From: Candidatus Poribacteria bacterium | GTDB taxonomy: Bacteria; Poribacteria; WGA-4E; WGA-3G | Reading direction: 5' to 3' | DNA: 64,000 bases | NCBI GenBank assembly: GCA_022825665.1 | Contig: JAJDWI010000086.1 | Coordinates: 838-64,837 of the forward strand | Part shown: positions 60,131-64,000 of the stretch, one piece after another | How the letters are laid out: the number at the start of each line of letters is the position of its first letter | Numbering within the stretch: position 1 is the stretch's first letter | Made by a program: the position numbers and the translations under genes | Notes under the pieces: model-generated | Seen by the model: only the letters and a program-made list of their open reading frames with translations | Databases searched by the model: none | What the model was told of the DNA's origin: nothing

Positions 60131-61204
60131 ATGTTAGAGAGACTTAAAGACATACAAAATAAATTTGTTGATGTTGAAAAATCCTTGAGCGATCCTGCAC
60201 AAATTTCTAACCCGCAACGTCTACAGGAACTTTCAAAACTCCACGCAGAACTATCGCCAATAGTGTCAGCATATAAGGATTATCAGCAGTTAGAATCCGC
60301 TATAGAGGAGACACAAGCATTGCTTGATGAAGAAACTGATAGTGATATGTTGGAGTTAGCACAAGAGGAGTTAAATGAACTCAACAATCAACAAGAAGAT
60401 CTAATTGAATCGCTTAAGATGCTCCTTGTTCCAAAAGACCCTAATGATGAGAAAAACGTCATAATTGAAATACGTGCTGGAACAGGTGGAGAGGAAGCAA
60501 GTTTATTTGCTGCCGAGATCTTCCGTATGTACACACGATTCGCTGAGAGACAGAATTGGAAAGTCGAAATGCTCAGTGCAAATGCAACTGGTTTAAAAGG
60601 ATTTAAAGAGGCTATCTTTTCTATAGAAGGTAAGTCAGCATATAGTCTTCTAAAATATGAAGGTGGTATTCATCGCGTACAACGTATTCCAACAACTGAA
60701 ACGAGCGGACGTATTCATACTTCTGCAGTTACAGTTGCGGTACTTCCTGAAGCAGAAGAAGTTGATTTGCAGATTGATGAAGCTACTGAATTAAGGATAG
60801 ATACCTACCGATCTTCAGGACCGGGTGGACAGAGCGTTAATACAACGGACTCTGCAATACGCATTACACATCTACCAACAGGTCTTGTTGTAACCCAACA
60901 GGATGAAAAGTCGCAACACAAAAACCGATCCAAGGCAATGAAAATCCTCCGTGCTCGACTTCATGAACTGAAACAAGCTGAATTGGACAGTGAACGTGCG
61001 GAAACCCGTCGATCTATGGTCGGTAGTGGAGACAGAAGCGAAAAAATACGCACATATAACTTTCCGCAATCCCGCGTGACTGATCATCGAATTAAATATA
61101 CTTCACATCAGTTAGATTCTGTATTAGATGGAGATTTAGACTCGTTTATTGAAAGGTTGACAACCGCAGACCAAGCGGAAAAGTTAAAGCACGAAGGAAA
61201 CTAA
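60131..61204 (+). CDS. prfA: Peptide chain release factor 1
   Basis: IRAGTGG, PTT (PxT) motif, GGQSVN, NFPQSRVTDHR. Confidence 0.97.
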   Translation: MLERLKDIQNKFVDVEKSLSDPAQISNPQRLQELSKLHAELSPIVSAYKDYQQLESAIEETQALLDEETDSDMLELAQEELNELNNQQEDLIESLKMLLVPKDPNDEKNVIIEIRAGTGGEEASLFAAEIFRMYTRFAERQNWKVEMLSANATGLKGFKEAIFSIEGKSAYSLLKYEGGIHRVQRIPTTETSGRIHTSAVTVAVLPEAEEVDLQIDEATELRIDTYRSSGPGGQSVNTTDSAIRITHLPTGLVVTQQDEKSQHKNRSKAMKILRARLHELKQAELDSERAETRRSMVGSGDRSEKIRTYNFPQSRVTDHRIKYTSHQLDSVLDGDLDSFIERLTTADQAEKLKHEGN

Positions 61205-61340
61205 GCATATAGACTCATAACTATAGAATCAATCATGAATGGATATAAGTTTGGTAATTATCCTTTCTATACATCCTACCAAGTTTACACCTTCCCGTTA
61301 TTGCTACCTCACTTGTGGAGTTCTTGATAACAATTAGAAT

Positions 61341-62210
61341 ATGGCTACCAAAATCTGGCACGTGCTTGAACTTCTTGAGTGGACTACAGGTTATTTTGAG
61401 AAGCATAACATCCCAAATCCTCGTTTAGATGCTGAAGTTTTACTCGGACATCTACTTGATAAAAGCCGTCTACAACTATACCTACATTTTGATATGCCAG
61501 TTTTTCAAAATGATTTGACGTTGTTCCGAGAACTGATTAAGAAACGGGTAGCAAGAACACCAATTAGTTATCTAACCAACCGTAAAGAGTTCATGTCACT
61601 TGATTTCTATGTAGATGAACGTGTGTTAATCCCACGTCCAGAAACAGAATTCATTGTGGAAACTATTCTAAATTCTAATAGTGATGGAGATCAGCGTATT
61701 TTAGAAATAGGGACGGGTAGTGGAGTGATTGCAACTGCACTTGCAGTCAACAGACCGGAGTGGGAAATCATTGCAACTGACATATCATCTGAGGCATTAA
61801 CAGTTGCTAAAAAGAATAGGGATGTCCATGAGTGCACTGAACGCATTACTTTACTTCAGGGTGATCTTTTTGAACCTATTAAATTGCTGGATTCCTCAAG
61901 TTTTAACTGGATTGCATCCAACCCTCCGTATGTAAAAACCTGTGAACATGACACATTATGTTCTGACATCAGAGACTATGAACCGCATATTGCACTCTTC
62001 GCTGGTGAAGATGGTTTATCAATCGTTCGTTCACTGATAGCGGAAGCACCAAACCACCTCTGTCCTGAAGGCACACTTGTCATTGAAATTGGCGACACAC
62101 AGGCAGACCCAGTTAGAGACTTACTTGAAGAACAATCCGTGTATAAGAACATTCAATTCATAAAAGACTACGCAGAAATAGAACGTATTGTTGTCGCAAG
62201 TGTTGATTAA
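61341..62210 (+). CDS. prmC: Release factor glutamine methyltransferase
   Basis: VLIPRPETE, GTGSG and NPPY. Follows prfA. Confidence 0.96.
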   Translation: MATKIWHVLELLEWTTGYFEKHNIPNPRLDAEVLLGHLLDKSRLQLYLHFDMPVFQNDLTLFRELIKKRVARTPISYLTNRKEFMSLDFYVDERVLIPRPETEFIVETILNSNSDGDQRILEIGTGSGVIATALAVNRPEWEIIATDISSEALTVAKKNRDVHECTERITLLQGDLFEPIKLLDSSSFNWIASNPPYVKTCEHDTLCSDIRDYEPHIALFAGEDGLSIVRSLIAEAPNHLCPEGTLVIEIGDTQADPVRDLLEEQSVYKNIQFIKDYAEIERIVVASVD

Positions 62211-62237
62211 ACTCTCTATCATAAGATTGTGTTTCAA

Positions 62238-62825
62238 TCATTGAGAATCATTTAATATTAATTCAGTGCGTGCATAAATATCCCGTAGATGCAAATCACA
62301 ATCTATTGAACTCAACGTCACCACATCATCAGGTTTCAAAAACTCAGTGCGTGACCAACCAATATTCTGAAGATAGAAATGCTCAACTTTTATTTCTGCT
62401 TGAGAAACGAGCAGGTATTCGCGCAGGGAGTTATTTTGCTTATACAATTCGAATTTTTCACCTCTGTCATACGCTTCAGTTGATGGGGAGAGTACTTCTA
62501 TGATAACTCTTGGGTTGAGGAGTGAGTCGTAATCTTTGTCTTCAAAGAGTGGTTCATTGCAAGCAACGACAACATCTGGGTAAAAGTATGAATTCGTCGA
62601 TTGTATTCTAACACGCATATCACTGGAATGTACTTCACATTTTTGTCCTTTCAATTGCTCACGTAGTTCGCCAAAAATATCTCCAGTGATAAAACTATGT
62701 GCGCGACTTGCACCAGACATAGCAAAGATATGTCCTTTTCGATATTCGTGTTTTATAGTAGCTTTCCGTTCAAAAGTGAGATATTCTTCAGGTGTTAAAT
62801 ATGTTTGGGCTGCTGCGGACGACAT
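62238..62825 (-). CDS. Uma2-family (PD-D/ExK) endonuclease-like protein
   Basis: EEYL..ER....HEY..G...AM.GAS..H, YPDV.V, EVLSPST..YDRG.K. Confidence 0.9.
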   Translation of the reverse strand: MSSAAAQTYLTPEEYLTFERKATIKHEYRKGHIFAMSGASRAHSFITGDIFGELREQLKGQKCEVHSSDMRVRIQSTNSYFYPDVVVACNEPLFEDKDYDSLLNPRVIIEVLSPSTEAYDRGEKFELYKQNNSLREYLLVSQAEIKVEHFYLQNIGWSRTEFLKPDDVVTLSSIDCDLHLRDIYARTELILNDSQ

Positions 62826-63006
62826 AAATGACTCCAATATCCTGTTTGTTTAAATTAACTGTATTTACTTCAGATACTATTCCTACTCTCATTATGTTAA
62901 TTATAACATAATTCTTTACAAATTGTTAGTATAAAAGTATCTTTAAATCAGTGATTTTTTTCGGTATGATTGATAGAAAAGAAATATAGAATTATCATCA
63001 AATGAC

Positions 63007-63035
63007 TTGACACAAAAGCCACCTACAGATAAACT
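63007..63035 (+). promoter_or_regulatory. sigma70 promoter
   Basis: TTGACA-17-TAAACT upstream of ATG 63066. Confidence 0.65.
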
Positions 63036-63065
63036 AAATAGAACATCCTTTTGTAAGGTATACCT

Positions 63066-64000
63066 ATGCATATCAACGATCTTGATACTCCTACATTACT
63101 TGCTGACTTAGATGTTCTTGAGAAGAATATTAGTAGTATGGCAAAACATTGTAATGAGATTGGTATACCGCTTCGTGTTCATACCAAAACTCATAAAGTA
63201 CCAGAAATTGCTAAATTGCAAGTTAGAGCTGGTTCACAAGGCATAACGTGTCAAAAATTAGGTGAAGCAGAAGTAATGGTTGATGCTGGGATTGAGGATA
63301 TCCTTATTCCTTATAATATCGTTGGGATACATAAGTTGAAGCGGTTAACCAACTTGGTAAAACGTGCTAAGATAATTGTTGCAGTGGATTCTGAGGATAC
63401 TGCATCTGGTATTTCACAACAAGCGATCGTTGATGACTCTGTTATTCCGATAGTGATTGAACTGGATACAGGTAGTAGACGATGTGGGGTCGAGTCACCA
63501 CTGGCTGTACAACATCTTGCTCAAAAGGTTGTGAAAATGCCTGGACTTGATATTCAAGGTGTGATGACCTATCCAAGTAATGTAAATGCTAAACCCTTTA
63601 TAACTGAAACAGTTGATCTGTTGAGGAAAGATGGTATTCCTGTTAAAATTATCAGTGGCGGGGGTACAGGTTCAGAAACTGCTTCAAAGGAAATAGGTTG
63701 CACCGAAACGCGTAGCGGTTCTTATGTATATGAAGGGATGACGCGTATCGGAAATTCAGAGATGTTGTCACCTGAACGATGTGTGCTTAGAGTTCTTGTA
63801 ACAGTTGTAAGTACCCCATCTCCAGACAGGATAATCATTGATGGAGGACAGAAGACCTTTACAAGTTACCCACCTACACCTTATGGACATATCATTGAAC
63901 ATCCTGAGGCAAAAATATACGGAATGTCTGTTGAACATGGACATGTAGATGTTAGTGAGTGTACTCATGAGTTTCGGGTCGGTGAAAGGTTATCCGTTAT
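63066..64000 (+). CDS. D-threonine aldolase/DSD1-family PLP enzyme (fold III), truncated by window end
   Basis: MHINDLDTP..., RVHTKTHK (PLP Lys), TCQKLGEAEVM, R.GSY, DGG.K. Absent from the ORF track because no stop lies within the window. Confidence 0.9.
   Translation, partial: MHINDLDTPTLLADLDVLEKNISSMAKHCNEIGIPLRVHTKTHKVPEIAKLQVRAGSQGITCQKLGEAEVMVDAGIEDILIPYNIVGIHKLKRLTNLVKRAKIIVAVDSEDTASGISQQAIVDDSVIPIVIELDTGSRRCGVESPLAVQHLAQKVVKMPGLDIQGVMTYPSNVNAKPFITETVDLLRKDGIPVKIISGGGTGSETASKEIGCTETRSGSYVYEGMTRIGNSEMLSPERCVLRVLVTVVSTPSPDRIIIDGGQKTFTSYPPTPYGHIIEHPEAKIYGMSVEHGHVDVSECTHEFRVGERLSV

Noticed and set aside
401-63968. Numerous 60-160 aa antisense or alternate-frame ORFs
   Set aside because: Shadow ORFs lying within well-supported genes, with no motifs of their own.

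Overview
AT-rich chromosomal window from a diderm bacterium. The gene content suggests Candidatus Poribacteria or a close relative (inference): secreted WD40 and beta-helix proteins, a C-terminal 'LSVxxxGKxxxxWxxLK' tag, and GTAG-type REPs. Housekeeping blocks are lysS-GNAT-lolE-lolD-ilvE-bamA-skp-lpxD-(DGGGP-synthase-like ubiA)-trmH; lnt-prfB (+1 programmed frameshift); rqcH; a stand-alone groEL; a type-F succinate dehydrogenase operon; and rho-rpmE-prfA-prmC. The most notable accessory feature lies between prfB and lysS: three tandem secreted beta-helix paralogs. The third is split and internally deleted by a 541-bp transposase-less IS200/IS605 element. That element's ends obey the IS608 guide/cleavage pairing rules, and it carries its own promoter followed by a highly structured, pseudoknotted ~430-nt RNA-like region. 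Also present are a PorV-like gene, a vWA/DUF4159/DUF4175-like cluster, a NagZ with its catalytic His replaced by Tyr, REP-containing MITEs and 9-bp micro-arrays. No rRNA, tRNA or CRISPR array was seen. All calls were made by eye, without database searches.
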